This document shows positions 1-12,579 of a stretch of 64,000 nt of DNA, piece after piece. The stretch's first letter is position 1; the number at the start of each line of letters is the position of its first letter. Source of the DNA: Curvularia clavata (taxonomy: Eukaryota); assembly GCA_023920165.1 (NCBI GenBank), contig CP089280.1:744001-808000 (forward strand). Direction: 5' to 3'. Both the position numbers and the translations under genes were made by a program. Below the pieces are notes generated by a model. The model was not told where the DNA came from and searched no databases. It worked only from the letters and a program-made list of their open reading frames with translations.

Positions 1-2
1 TC

Positions 3-236
3 ACACCTAAACCTAACTCCATTTTCTGGCACGCGCGTCAGATCTGCGGGATATCGATGAGCAACGACAACCATGGGGCCTGGACGAACGCAATACAGCC
101 TCTCTGGATTGCCGGCCAATGGATGAGCCATGAGAGCGAGCAGAAGGCCATCCTGGAGTTATTGGAAAGGATTGAAAAGCAGTCAGGGTGGAGCACCAAG
201 TGGCGAGCAGAAGATTTGAAAGAATTCTGGGGTTAG
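3..236 (+). CDS. 3' end (partial) of a probable fungal-specific transcription factor (Zn2Cys6-associated C-terminal domain type)
   Basis: Open frame from the window edge to TAG 234-236: ...FWHARQICGISMSNDNHGAWTNAIQPLWIAGQWMSHESEQKAILELLERIEKQSGWSTKWRAEDLKEFWG*. The PLWIAG...IE..GW......L...W ending is typical of fungal C6 TF C-termini. Absent from the ORF track because it has no start. Confidence 0.7.
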   Translation, partial: TPKPNSIFWHARQICGISMSNDNHGAWTNAIQPLWIAGQWMSHESEQKAILELLERIEKQSGWSTKWRAEDLKEFWG

Positions 237-803
237 CCTACGTAACAGACATTGCAGGTGGGTTTGTCGCTGTAATTCCTCGTGCATCATGAATGTAGCA
301 GATACATTTCATACTGCAGCAGATGTAAAAGGTTGATTGAGAAGATGTCAGCACAGGCCCCTTGTATGTGTATCTTTATTGTTGGGATGCGTGGGGGCAA
401 AGTGCAGTAGTGATAACTTGGTAGTGGGTGAAGACGCGGATGGAGACGCGTCGCTTCGACGAGTAATAGTAATGACGGCACCAGTGCACGGACGTTCTCG
501 GAGGTAACAGCGGCGATGCTGACTATCGCTTGCTGCTCCATCACGTCCGTCGCCGCTGGAGACACGTAGAAAGCGATCGAAGGCGACTCCAGCCCAAGTC
601 TCTTTGTGCTACGGCTTGCATCTCGACTACACTTTCGCTTTCACGTACGTATGGGTGACAGCACTCGATTGACACTATCCAGTGCTGCCTCGGCTTTTCC
701 CGTCGACTTTCCCATTTAGCATTACACCCTCATACATTCAGCACTAACACTATACCCTGCTGCAGCCTGTCGAGCATTCCACCAGATCGAGCGCCCCGCC
801 ACC

Positions 804-3800
804 ATGTTCACGAGCTTCACGGGAAACCCGCGTCGAGCGCGACAAGTCAACCTCAGTGGAAAGAAGACGAATCCCTTTGGGCCTCCCGGCTCTGGTGCCG
901 GATCACAAGCCGCTCTCGACCGCGCTCAACAGGACCGGGCACAACGGCAGCGGGAACGAGACACATTAAATGCCGCCAAACGGATACAAAGGGTGTGGCG
1001 AGGACACTCATCTAGGAGAAAGGTAGCCGACCATGTACGGGTCGAATGGGATAGAGCAGAGGGCTCCGGCGGCCTTTCACAACAGACGGCATATGCTTCT
1101 GAAGACGAAGCTCTTGCTCAATTACAGCGGCTGCTTCGTTTTGCTTCCACCAGAAGCGAAGACGACCTAAGACGAATACACCAATACGGTGCAAGACAGA
1201 TACAAACAGTGCGTTCTTTGAGTCTTGCAGCAAGTGGGCCGTGGCCATGGGCATATTCAAGGCTGCAGCGGATATTACTGGTCGCTATAGAACGGCAACT
1301 CAAAGCCTCATCAACACAATGGAATCAGATCGGGACTTCCCTTACCATTTTGCAGTTTCTAGCAGAACAAATACCTGCCGAGACATCCCAACACGCTACA
1401 CACTACTACCGTACCCTCGCCCAAGTCGTATCTACGCTTTCCCCCGTTTTCGAATCACAGGATGGGCTAGAGATGGCCGAAGTTATACTCAAGACCCTTG
1501 TCGCACCATTGAAGGTTACTGGATATACTTTGGACGCCTACGAAGCGCTTGGGGTGCAATTCCTGACACTTCCAGTGTTGAGTTCAGACTCGACATCTCC
1601 ACCCATACAAAAGCTTCGAGACTCGCTCGCCGACTCGATAAACTACAAGCTGCTCGCGAATGCAATGGCGACTTTGGCTAAGAGATCGGGTCTTCAAAGC
1701 AAGACTGAATTGCAGAGCACAATAAGTCGGTTGCGCTTGCTCGGAACATTCATCTACTTCCATCGCTATGCTCATAACTTTGATACCCCAGAAGCCTATG
1801 CTGTGCATAAGGATTTTGTGTCGGTCGTGTCCGTCCTCCTGAACTCCTTGCCAGTTAATATTGTTGATGACGACCGACCAATTGCGGAAATCACAGAAGA
1901 GGATGATGTCAATCAAGACCCAGGAACAGTGACCGAGTTTCTCAAACAGCAGGTTGAATCCCTGGTACACCAAGAAGGAATTGGCAGTCTGTTGGCCGGC
2001 TCGTCGCAGTCCCTGGATGCTTCGGAGGACGAGAAGATCGATGAAGCACGACAGCTCGCCAACTACGCGCTTGCGCTGCTACGCTTCTTTCCACGAAGAG
2101 GCGACGAGATACGCATGTGGCTTTATATCGGCCCATCAGAGCCATCTGGGAAGAGTACTCGGAAACTGCCTGCTATCCGATATTTCTGGGAGGCGACAAG
2201 AAGGTCCTCGGTGTTTTCCACAATCTTCAAGGACTCACGGGCAGCCATCGGTCTACTCAAGCCAAAACCCACTGAAACTAACAGCTCAGATCGCCCTGGA
2301 ACATCCGGCCTGACACAGCACGGGTTTTGGCAGCCAGCCAAACAGCAGGTGAACCGTGATGCTGCTGTCACTGACGAATGGCGGGTTATTCTAGTATTCC
2401 TAGAACTCTACACGTTCGTGCTGAAAGTCACAGACGATGAAGAATTCTTTAGTACTGGACAACAGGACGTCTATTCCGGCCAGGTCCGTGACAATGGCTT
2501 GCCTTTGAGCGAAGTAAAGGACCTCACAACATTCTTGAAGAATCTGGGCTTCACACTTTACTTCAATGCAGTGGAAATCACCACATCAGACAACAATACC
2601 GAGAGTAACAGCACGAGCCTCAACTATTTCAACCCCAAGGGCATGGACGTTCAAAGCCAGAAAGAACAGGTCGAGCCATCCATAGGTGGAGTTGCGGGGC
2701 TAAGGATTGATTATGCCAAAGGACTAGTCACTGGCCTCCTTCGCATGATCTACGAACGTGATTCTCGGCGTAAATTCTTGCCGTCAGATCACTGGCTAAT
2801 GACTTCCCGGTTTGACATGACTGGCTTCATTCCAGCCGTAGTTGAAGAAGAAGAGTCACGGCATAAGATTCAAGAGGAGGATGGAGAAGACCTTGATGAT
2901 CAAGAAGATGAATTTGACGACACACCACAATTAATCGGAACGAGTCGGACGCAGCAACAACGACGACTGGAGAAGTTGCAGCGACAGCAACGCAAAGCTT
3001 CAAGAAGGAGGTACCTTCAAGCTGTGGCTCCTCGACTGGAGATACTGCAGAACATGCCATTCTTCATACCATTTACTACCAGGGTGCAAATCTTCCGAGA
3101 ATTCGTACACCTTGATATGACCAAGCGAAGAGGTAGTTCGGATCCCGAGCTCTGGCGATTCAGGCTAATGCAACAACCGAATGCCCGCGGACAATTCGAA
3201 AGACATTCGGCAAGGATTAGGAGAGAGAACGAGTTTGACGATGCGTTCGAGCAGTTCTACGACTTGGGCCAGGGTTTGAAAGAGCCAATTCAAATCACTT
3301 TCCTTGACCAGTTCGGTGCACAAGAGGCTGGTATTGACGGTGGTGGTGTTACCAAGGAGTTTTTGACGAGCGTCACAAATCGAGCCTTCATGCCGACGGG
3401 CTACATCGATATGTTCGTTGAGAATGATCAACACTTACTCTACCCCAATCCTGCGGCACTTGAAGAGCACAAGGAAGCTTTACGACAGGCTGGTGTTCGC
3501 GAGGGTTCACAGGAATACCGTGCGCAAATCACCGAACTGCTTCAGCGCTATGAGTTCCTAGGCCGCATCATTGGCAAATGCTTGTATGAGGGAATCTTGG
3601 TTGACGTCAACTTCGCACCCTTCTTCTTGCGCAAATGGGCCCTCACAGGTGGTGCCGGCTCCGCACCCAACGAGTCAGGCTACCGACCTACGCTCAACGA
3701 CCTGCGTGATCTCGATGAAGAGCTGTACCAGGGCCTGCACAAGCTCAAAACATACAATGGCGACGTGGAAGATTTTTCGCTCAACTTCACGGTTACAGAC

Positions 3801-4421
3801 ACCATTATCGTCGACCACACTACCACACCCAAGAAGACCAAAGCCATCACCAAGGACCTCAAGCCCGACGGCTCCAACACGCCCGTCACGAATCAAAACC
3901 GTCTCGTTTACATCAGCTATATGGCCCGCCACCGCCTGCAAAACCAGCCCTACGCGCAAACAGCCGCCTTCCTGCGCGGTCTCAGCACAATGATCCAACC
4001 TTCCTGGCTCTCTATGTTCAACCAATCCGAACTCCAAACCCTCATCTCCGGCACCCGCACCTCCATTGACGTCGAAGACCTACGCCGCAACACAATCTAC
4101 GGTGGCACTTATGTAATCGGCGACGACGGCCTCGAGCACCCCACGATCCAGCTCCTGTGGAAGGTTATGAAGGAAATGTCCGACGACGAGCGCCGCGCTG
4201 TGCTGAAATTCGTTACTAGCACTCCACGCGCTCCACTCTTGGGTTTTGCGACGCTGAACCCGCGCTTCAGTATTCGCGATGCGGGGAGTGATCAGGAGAG
4301 GCTGCCGAGTACCAGCACGTGCGTGAATCTGCTCAAGTTGCCCATGTATCGGGATGAGGCGACGCTGAAGGAGAAGTTGCTCTATAGTATTTTCTCGGGT
4401 GCTGGGTTCGACTTGAGTTGA
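804..4421 (+). CDS. HUL5: IQ-motif HECT E3 ubiquitin ligase (Hul5/UBE3C family), 1205 aa, intronless
   Basis: N-terminal IQ motif (AAKRIQRVWRG). HECT domain with EAGIDGGGVTKEF, FLGRIIGKCLYEG, catalytic RLPSTSTCVNLLKLP and terminal GFDLS. Good Kozak context CACCATG. Confidence 0.95.
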   Translation: MFTSFTGNPRRARQVNLSGKKTNPFGPPGSGAGSQAALDRAQQDRAQRQRERDTLNAAKRIQRVWRGHSSRRKVADHVRVEWDRAEGSGGLSQQTAYASEDEALAQLQRLLRFASTRSEDDLRRIHQYGARQIQTVRSLSLAASGPWPWAYSRLQRILLVAIERQLKASSTQWNQIGTSLTILQFLAEQIPAETSQHATHYYRTLAQVVSTLSPVFESQDGLEMAEVILKTLVAPLKVTGYTLDAYEALGVQFLTLPVLSSDSTSPPIQKLRDSLADSINYKLLANAMATLAKRSGLQSKTELQSTISRLRLLGTFIYFHRYAHNFDTPEAYAVHKDFVSVVSVLLNSLPVNIVDDDRPIAEITEEDDVNQDPGTVTEFLKQQVESLVHQEGIGSLLAGSSQSLDASEDEKIDEARQLANYALALLRFFPRRGDEIRMWLYIGPSEPSGKSTRKLPAIRYFWEATRRSSVFSTIFKDSRAAIGLLKPKPTETNSSDRPGTSGLTQHGFWQPAKQQVNRDAAVTDEWRVILVFLELYTFVLKVTDDEEFFSTGQQDVYSGQVRDNGLPLSEVKDLTTFLKNLGFTLYFNAVEITTSDNNTESNSTSLNYFNPKGMDVQSQKEQVEPSIGGVAGLRIDYAKGLVTGLLRMIYERDSRRKFLPSDHWLMTSRFDMTGFIPAVVEEEESRHKIQEEDGEDLDDQEDEFDDTPQLIGTSRTQQQRRLEKLQRQQRKASRRRYLQAVAPRLEILQNMPFFIPFTTRVQIFREFVHLDMTKRRGSSDPELWRFRLMQQPNARGQFERHSARIRRENEFDDAFEQFYDLGQGLKEPIQITFLDQFGAQEAGIDGGGVTKEFLTSVTNRAFMPTGYIDMFVENDQHLLYPNPAALEEHKEALRQAGVREGSQEYRAQITELLQRYEFLGRIIGKCLYEGILVDVNFAPFFLRKWALTGGAGSAPNESGYRPTLNDLRDLDEELYQGLHKLKTYNGDVEDFSLNFTVTDTIIVDHTTTPKKTKAITKDLKPDGSNTPVTNQNRLVYISYMARHRLQNQPYAQTAAFLRGLSTMIQPSWLSMFNQSELQTLISGTRTSIDVEDLRRNTIYGGTYVIGDDGLEHPTIQLLWKVMKEMSDDERRAVLKFVTSTPRAPLLGFATLNPRFSIRDAGSDQERLPSTSTCVNLLKLPMYRDEATLKEKLLYSIFSGAGFDLS

Positions 4422-4811
4422 GGCGAGCCATCCTCTTTCTTTTCAATTATGGTTATCAGGGAGGGACGGGAAATAGCTTTGGAAGCGTAGGAGTATATAT
4501 ACAGCGCACGCCCAGGGTTTCTGTGAATGAATGCATTGTTATAGATAAGAACGCGTAGCCTCTTTCTTCTTACGTTTTTGACGTGTGTCCGAAGTAGATG
4601 CGCATAGGTATTTGTTCCAAATGAGAAAAGGAGAGTTCCAGCTTGTTCATGTAACTTGCAATATCTAGTGGCGTCTGCCGTTTAGTCCAAATCACCGCGT
4701 TACACTGCGAAAGAATCTTATCGGAGAGCGGAAGGTATTCCAGAACGGATGAATTGATATATAGAAAAGACATGACATGTAGTAAGAACATGCAACTTTG
4801 GGTATATAATT

Positions 4812-4833
4812 TGCTGCTGCTGCTGCTGCTGCT
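4812..4833. repeat. (TGC)7 microsatellite
   Basis: tgctgctgctgctgctgctgct read directly; intergenic between convergent 3' ends. Confidence 0.9.
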
Positions 4834-5051
4834 TGTGTACACCAGGGAGGCGTATGCATGTGCGTAGCAGCGCTTTTAATCAAAGAGGAAAAACTACCAA
4901 CCAGAAAGAACATCACAAGTAGCTACCAGGCTAACCCATTTCCCAACCTACCAACCAAAAACAATACGGGTGGGTAGTTTAGTTGTACAGAAATATATCA
5001 AGAAGCAAATTTCCAGACGAGTGGAACAAGAATCTACAGCAAGCGCCACAT

Positions 5052-6154
5052 CTAGTGTCGCTCTGGCATTTGATGCTGTCGTTTGAGATAACTTGCCTGT
5101 TGTTTGTTGTCAGCTTTTTTTTGGCTATACATTTCCAAGATTTCCGCCTCTAAGAACTCACCTCATCAAGTACGGCCTGCAGTCTCCCCTCCTCGGCCAC
5201 GACCTTCTTCACCGTGTCACTAACGTTGCCTTCGAGTCCTACATTACACCCCCTCGGCAGCCACCTGAGTATATGAAACGCATTTGCATACACGCTCGTA
5301 GCGCCCGTCATGCGCCCGTCGTCTGGTAGACTTGCTTGGAGTATGATTTTGAACGTTTTAAGGCCCCAGCAGTATCTGAGGCCCAAGCGAACGAGATCAG
5401 CGAAGCCATCGAGGATATCGTGGTGGGATGGTATGGTGAGGACGACGTGTTTGATTAGGCTGCGGGAGCGCTGGTGCAGCGTCGAGAGCGTGTGTATGCC
5501 GCTTGTTAGGCTGAGCGTGAAGACGTTGTCGCTGTAGAGGACTTGGCGTGCTTCTTTGTAGATCTGCTTATTCACTCGCAGGATCTCGGGGATGATAGGA
5601 TCGCTCAAGGGGACTCGTTCTGGCCCAGGGCTCTGACCTCGCACCCCTCGTGGATTTATATATGGGCGTTGCTGCTCTGGCCCGTGGAACCATACTCGGC
5701 GCAGGACGGGTGCTGGGGCGGGGGGAAACTCGTCTTCGTCGGGTTTCTCGGGGGCGCGGTCCGCGTGCAGCAGGAGAGGCTCCTCGCGCACAAGCGCCAT
5801 GTGGTAGATGTGGATGCGAAGTTCGGCGGGGAGTTTCATGAATGGGAAAGGTGTTTCGAGGCTATCGTCGGCGGCGCCATCAAGATGAGGTTGTGCGGCT
5901 TCGGTCTCGGACAGTGTACTGGCTTCCGGCGTCGCAAGGCCATGTCGGACTCGCGTAGTCGAAGGAGTGGTATCGGAGACTGGGCTGTCGGGCGCTTCGT
6001 CGCTGGCTGGGTCGTATGTACGGGACTTCTTGGATCTGTTCTCGTGAGGCTCAACCTCATCCGCCAGTATTAACCTCTTGCGCCTGGGTGCTGCGCGCTG
6101 GTCCATGGGTGACTGCTCTGATGTAGTGCAATCCAGCAGATTCGGCCAATTCAT
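5052..6154 (-). CDS. Hypothetical protein with F-box-like/2EXR-like motif; exons 6154-5162 and 5096-5052
   Basis: Motif PFPFMKLPAELRIHIYHMAL followed by ILRVNKQIYKEARQVLYSDNVF, a common fungal F-box-like family pattern. Intron 5161-5097 (GTGAGT...GCTGAC...CAG) gives C-terminus ASYLKRQHQMPERH*. Start ATG is 6154 or 6106. Confidence 0.8.
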
Positions 6155-6962
6155 CAAAGACCTAAGAATGTTTGGTAGTTTCTTTCTTTTTTCCCTTTTC
6201 TTCGGCTATATGGCGCCGAAGGCGACTTGGGCGGAAGCGAATTACGCGTCGAGCGTGCTCAGGATGGTGTTCAAAACGTGGACAGGCACTCAAGGTAACT
6301 AAACCATTTCAGTGGTTAAATGAAATGGGACATAGGGCTGAGTAAGACAACAACACTGGTGCAATACAAACACCTGCGTTTAGTGATAAACAAAAGGCCG
6401 TCGAGGGCAGAAGTTGGAGCACGGGCAAGTGGATTCGCGGGTCGAAAGGTGGGTGATTGCGGGGTCGAGAGCAACAGTAGCGCGTCTGAGGGCCCAGCAA
6501 CCATGCGCATGATAGTTGCGTCACGTGTTGGTTACTTCGAGGAAGGTCAGAGTGCGGTGAACGCAAACAACGGCACTGAGCATCCAGTCTCTAGTGAAGA
6601 ACGGGCCGTAAGACGAGGATATCATTGGACAAATTTACTTCTGTGGAATAGTTCGCACCATATTGCTATCTACATCAGCCAGAACAGTACACATTGCCTG
6701 ACTCTGTGTCTACGCAATCGGCGTTCGGTTGAGAAATTAATAATAAAGGGAATCAGGAAACAACCGCACTCCCTGCTCATCAGCTCCGCCTCCGTCAGTT
6801 TGTTGTAACCTCGAAACTCCAAAGCATCCAGACAGCCCCCGACTGCATCTTGGAAAGCACAAGGAACCGTCCATGCAAGCAGCCGGGCGCCCCAGCTACG
6901 GACATCACACAGTGGAGATGGCAAGACTAGAAAACTCCATCTGCATAATTTCTCAAAGCAAC

Positions 6963-8890
6963 TTATAAGTCTATTAAGTTGTTGCCGCCAGGTTGCCGGT
7001 TCTGCTGCTGTTGTGGCTGAGCACCAAATGGGTTGGAGCTGCCATAAGGATTGACGCCAAAATTGCTTGCTGGGCCGGTTTGTGCGGGAACCAAGCGGTT
7101 TTGTTGGGGCATGCCGGTGAACTGGGAGTTCAGGAAGGGGTTGTTGCCGGTGGCATTTGCATTCACCTTGCTCAAACCCGCACCGGCTGAGTTGACAAAG
7201 GTTCCAGGTGCCGTGTGTTGGGCAGGAATACGCATATTCCCCACATTTCCAAAAGTGTCCTGGCCCTCTCCTGTCGCCAAGAGTGCGTTGAGTCGCGCAG
7301 CCGTCGGATCCATTTCCTTTTGTGGTGGCTGCGGTCGTTGTTGCTGCTGCTGCGGCTGCGGCGTCGGCTGCGGGGAGAACGATGGCTGGGAGCTGAAGGC
7401 CGGTGTGTTGAACTGTGTCTGGGTCCTCTGTTCGCTTAGGGTGTTCAAGGTTGGTTGTGTGAAGGATGGAGTCTGCTGCTGCGGTCGGTTAAAAGACTGA
7501 GCGAATGGGTTGTTGGAGCCGGTCGGCTGTGGCATCAGGGATTCCTGGGGTTTGTTGCTGGCCCATGGGTTGTGGCTGCCAGGCTGGAGTGTATTCTGAT
7601 CTTGCTGAGGCTGCTGCTGCTGGCTCATGTCTCCAAAGCCACCGAACTGGCCATATGGATTATTGGTGAAAGCGGTCTGCTGGGGCTGGATAGTCTGTTG
7701 GGGCTGCAAAAACTGTTGCTGTTGCTGCTGAGCCCCAAACTGATCAAAACCTGTCGGTTGTTGTTGTTGGAAACCTCCATAGCCTCCAAAGCCATTCTGG
7801 AATCCCGTCTGCTGAGGCTGCATTCCTGTAGGCTGTGCATATGCAGTGTTGAGGAAACCAGTGTTCTGGGGTTGCTGTTGTTGCTGATTTGGGTCCACGA
7901 GATTACCAAACCAATCGACCTGGCCTTGTTGCTGATAACCCTGGTTGTTTCCGGTAGGCTGGTAGGCATTTGGCTGGGTGGTCGTCTCTCCGAAGAGTAG
8001 ATCTGCGTTGGTCTGTTCGAGTTCTTTGCGGCGCAGTTCTTCCTCCTCCTTGCTCAGCTTGATTGCCTTCTCCAGATCGTCGTCGGTCTCGTCAGCCCTC
8101 GCATTACGCTCACGGCGCTTCTTTTCTTCCTCTGCCTCGTTCTTGCTGGCCTCAAGGGCTAACCGAAGCTCAAGGTCTTCCTCTTCATTTCTGCGGTTGC
8201 GACGCTGTTCGCCATTCCGCGCACGCCTTGCTGCCTCGTGGTCTGCGCCGTGGTGTCCTCCCCCAGGATATTCTTCGATGCCCGTGACTCGCGACTTCCA
8301 CGACTTCCTGTCGGCTCGCTCGGCGCGTAATCGTTCTTCGTCCATAATAAGGGAGGTCAGCTCCTTGGCTGCCATTCGCACTGCGAGAGTCTTAGTGGGT
8401 TGCCCTCGCTACCAAGTACAGCGCGCTTACCGTTCTGTCCAACATCACGGCCATCTTCGTCAATGTGTTGGAATTCGCGCAATGTCTTGATGATGTAGAT
8501 GTTCTTGCGCGCCCACGTTACCACGAGCTCTGAGCCCTCGTGCAGACAGTAGTCGAGCACCTTGAGCGATTTAAGCACGTGGCGCCAGTTCTTTCCCCGG
8601 TCGTTGAGGCGCTTGTCTAGCATGTCCATTACCTGATAGAAGTCGGTCGAACTGGACAGCTGTTAGCATAGCCGGCGTGGCCATACAGGGCGCCATACCT
8701 ATTGAAGGTGATTTGGGCAATCTCTGCCATGTCGGAGCCGACGGGGCCCCATGGATCGTTGCTGGTGGCTGCAATTGTTAGATGCGCCATACGTGTAGCT
8801 CACAGGGTGCTCCCTACCATTCCGGACTTTGACCTCGACCTGGCTGTACCCCTTTGTCACGTTCTTGACGGATCTCGCGATTTTACTCAT
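6963..8890 (-). CDS. ENT1: Epsin (ENTH-domain endocytic adaptor, Ent1/Ent2-like); exons 8890-8818, 8768-8699, 8651-8431, 8380-6963
   Basis: Spliced ENTH domain (KNVTKGYS...ATSNDPWGP...KNWRHVLKSLKVLDYCL), two UIMs (LRLALEASK, LEKAIKLSK), Q-rich region, NPF motifs and C-terminal clathrin box NLIDL. Three canonical GT-AG introns with branch sites. Confidence 0.95.
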
Positions 8891-10484
8891 GGCTGCGACG
8901 TATCTCGAGAGTTAGATGCTCAAGGATTGCAGAGGGAAGATGTCGGAGCTGTCGGGAGAGAAGGAGGGTCGCAACAGGCGTGCAGCAGATGGGAGCTAGA
9001 GCGCTGGGCGTATGACGTGCCACTAGGCTGGGCGGGCTCGAGCAATGGGCAGCGCGATGAATCCGAGCCCTTTAGAGGTCCAGCGAGGGCAAAGATGAGG
9101 CTGTGTCTTCGGTGTGGGCTGTGGCAAGTTGGGGCAAAATGGACTTGAAGGAGCGTCGTGGATAGACGTAATGCGAGGCTGGTGCGCTGATGACCACCTG
9201 CAGCCATGGCCAGGGCCGAGCGACCGAAACCCAGGGTCAAAGCGCTACGACGTCAACCCCAGAAATATCGCCCGCGACTTCGGGAACCCTGGAAGTACAC
9301 TCGCTCAATACGTGGCACCACAATGGTATACTCTCCAGGAGCCCATCTCTACGGGTGCCAGATATCCCCGTGGACAGCCCAACGTGCCACAGAGAAGTTG
9401 AATGCCAACTCGGCTGACGAATCTGCTTCGTCAGCCGTTCTTGGGTATGCCATGCATTGCTCGGGATCTGCTCGAATAACCCTCCCGATTCTCAGATGCA
9501 GCGCCCAAGGTTTACAAATTGTTCCTCCAAGCGCACGAGAATACCTCGAACAAAGGCCAAACATTGCGTTTGAGAGATGCGGGCTGAAGCGCATGCACTG
9601 TGCATGCCACTACCAAGCAGTCCAAGGAACGGTTGGTTGGTTGGGCATCATTATTACCCGCCCTACCAACAGCATCATCGTCTCTCCACCAGCACCCAAA
9701 AGACTGCATGGAAACCCAAGGAATACCCGTCCATCTTTCTATTACGTCTTTGGCAGGCGGTTCAGTTTCTCCACATTTCACATTGGCAGAAAAGGCACTT
9801 GTATTAGAATTGATTCACATTTTTTGGGTCCGCTCGCGCAGAATATTTGTAGTCTAAAAGTGGATGTAAGTCCCTTCATTAAATACCAGTCTAAGATTTA
9901 CCCATGTGCATGAGAAAAGTGAGACAAAAAGATACGGGCCAGGACGCCCTTGCCAGTCTTGATGTGTCACAGACACGCCCCAACGCCTGCCATCCCGTGG
10001 TGAGCTCCCTTGGGAGAGCAACTAGAAGTGAGACCCCCGAGAACCCGCCACCAGATGAAACCTAAAACAGAAATGAAGAGAGACTTGCAATAAGAGGGAG
10101 AGGCGACAACGAGTCGGGAAACAGCTAAAGAAATCTCAGAGTGCTTCCGGTCCTGCGAACCCATGGAATCTGCCAGGCAGGACATTTTGAGCTAAACAAT
10201 AGTAGAACACGCCGATTGCGCAAAGGTAAAGAAATTTTGAGACACAGGGGTATAAGTCCTGCTAGCCAAAAGAAAGAAACACCGCTCTAAAGGATTCGCG
10301 CGTATTAGTTTTTACAGACGAAAGCGATGGCCCATGATGGTACCATCATGGCTCCAGACGATTTCTGTCGAGTGCACGGCAGCCCACCCGAGCCAGTGTC
10401 CGAGACTGCCCTGCCATTTCATCGGACATGATACCGTAACTATATGGGGTCGATCAAGGCATTAACAACCGGAGAGCATGGCGT

Positions 10485-12034
<1,550 letters not shown>

Positions 12035-12347
12035 TGTCTCGAAGCGAGCTTCGCGTGACGAGCGACGTGGACAAGGGAGAGAAGGGGAAAAGGGCTCTTT
12101 GAAGCAAGAGCCGGGGCGGTGCGCACCAGATGAGGGTGGGAGCGGGCTGGCGTGAGGCCTCGCAGTTGCACGCGTCGCGCTGGAGAGGAGTAGAGAGTGT
12201 GGGGGTTGGGTTGCAGAGGATAAGCAGACGTCAACGACAGCTGGCTCGATGATTCGGGCGTCGGACAGTCAGTCAGGCCTTTTGCAGCGGGCAGCACGGC
12301 AGTCGAGTCGAGGATCGGACCGCGCGCAGGTCAATGCAGAGAGTAGA

Positions 12348-12579
12348 CTGGAGGAGCGATGTCAGTCGCGTGGTGGGTGAAGGAGTGTGGTGGTGGCAGA
12401 GCGCGAGGGCGGGTGAAGGGGCAAAAGAGTGGCGCGCCAGAAATTGTCGGTCTGGCAGTCACGCTGGCCACGTCCTCTCTGGGGCGGAAAAGGGGAGTGG
12501 AGCGGTGAGAAGGGTCTTTGGCGGGAGTGGGCGGGCAGCACGGGGCGAGAGCGGACCGGCGACGAGGTGCAGTACGTAC
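12348..12579 (-). other. Probable 5'-UTR intron of the C2H2 gene
   Basis: Minus-strand donor CAG|GTACGT at 12579. Branch ACTGAC, pyrimidine tract and CAG ending at 12348. A second possible acceptor (CTGAC...CAG) ends at 12241. Confidence 0.6.

Noticed and set aside
645..682. Possible 5'-UTR intron of HUL5 (GTACGT..TTGAC..CAG)
   Set aside because: Only 38 nt with a weak branch site; cannot be supported without transcripts.
9206..9913. 235-aa + strand ORF upstream of epsin
   Set aside because: No recognisable domain or compositional signature; probably a chance ORF in promoter/3' intergenic DNA.
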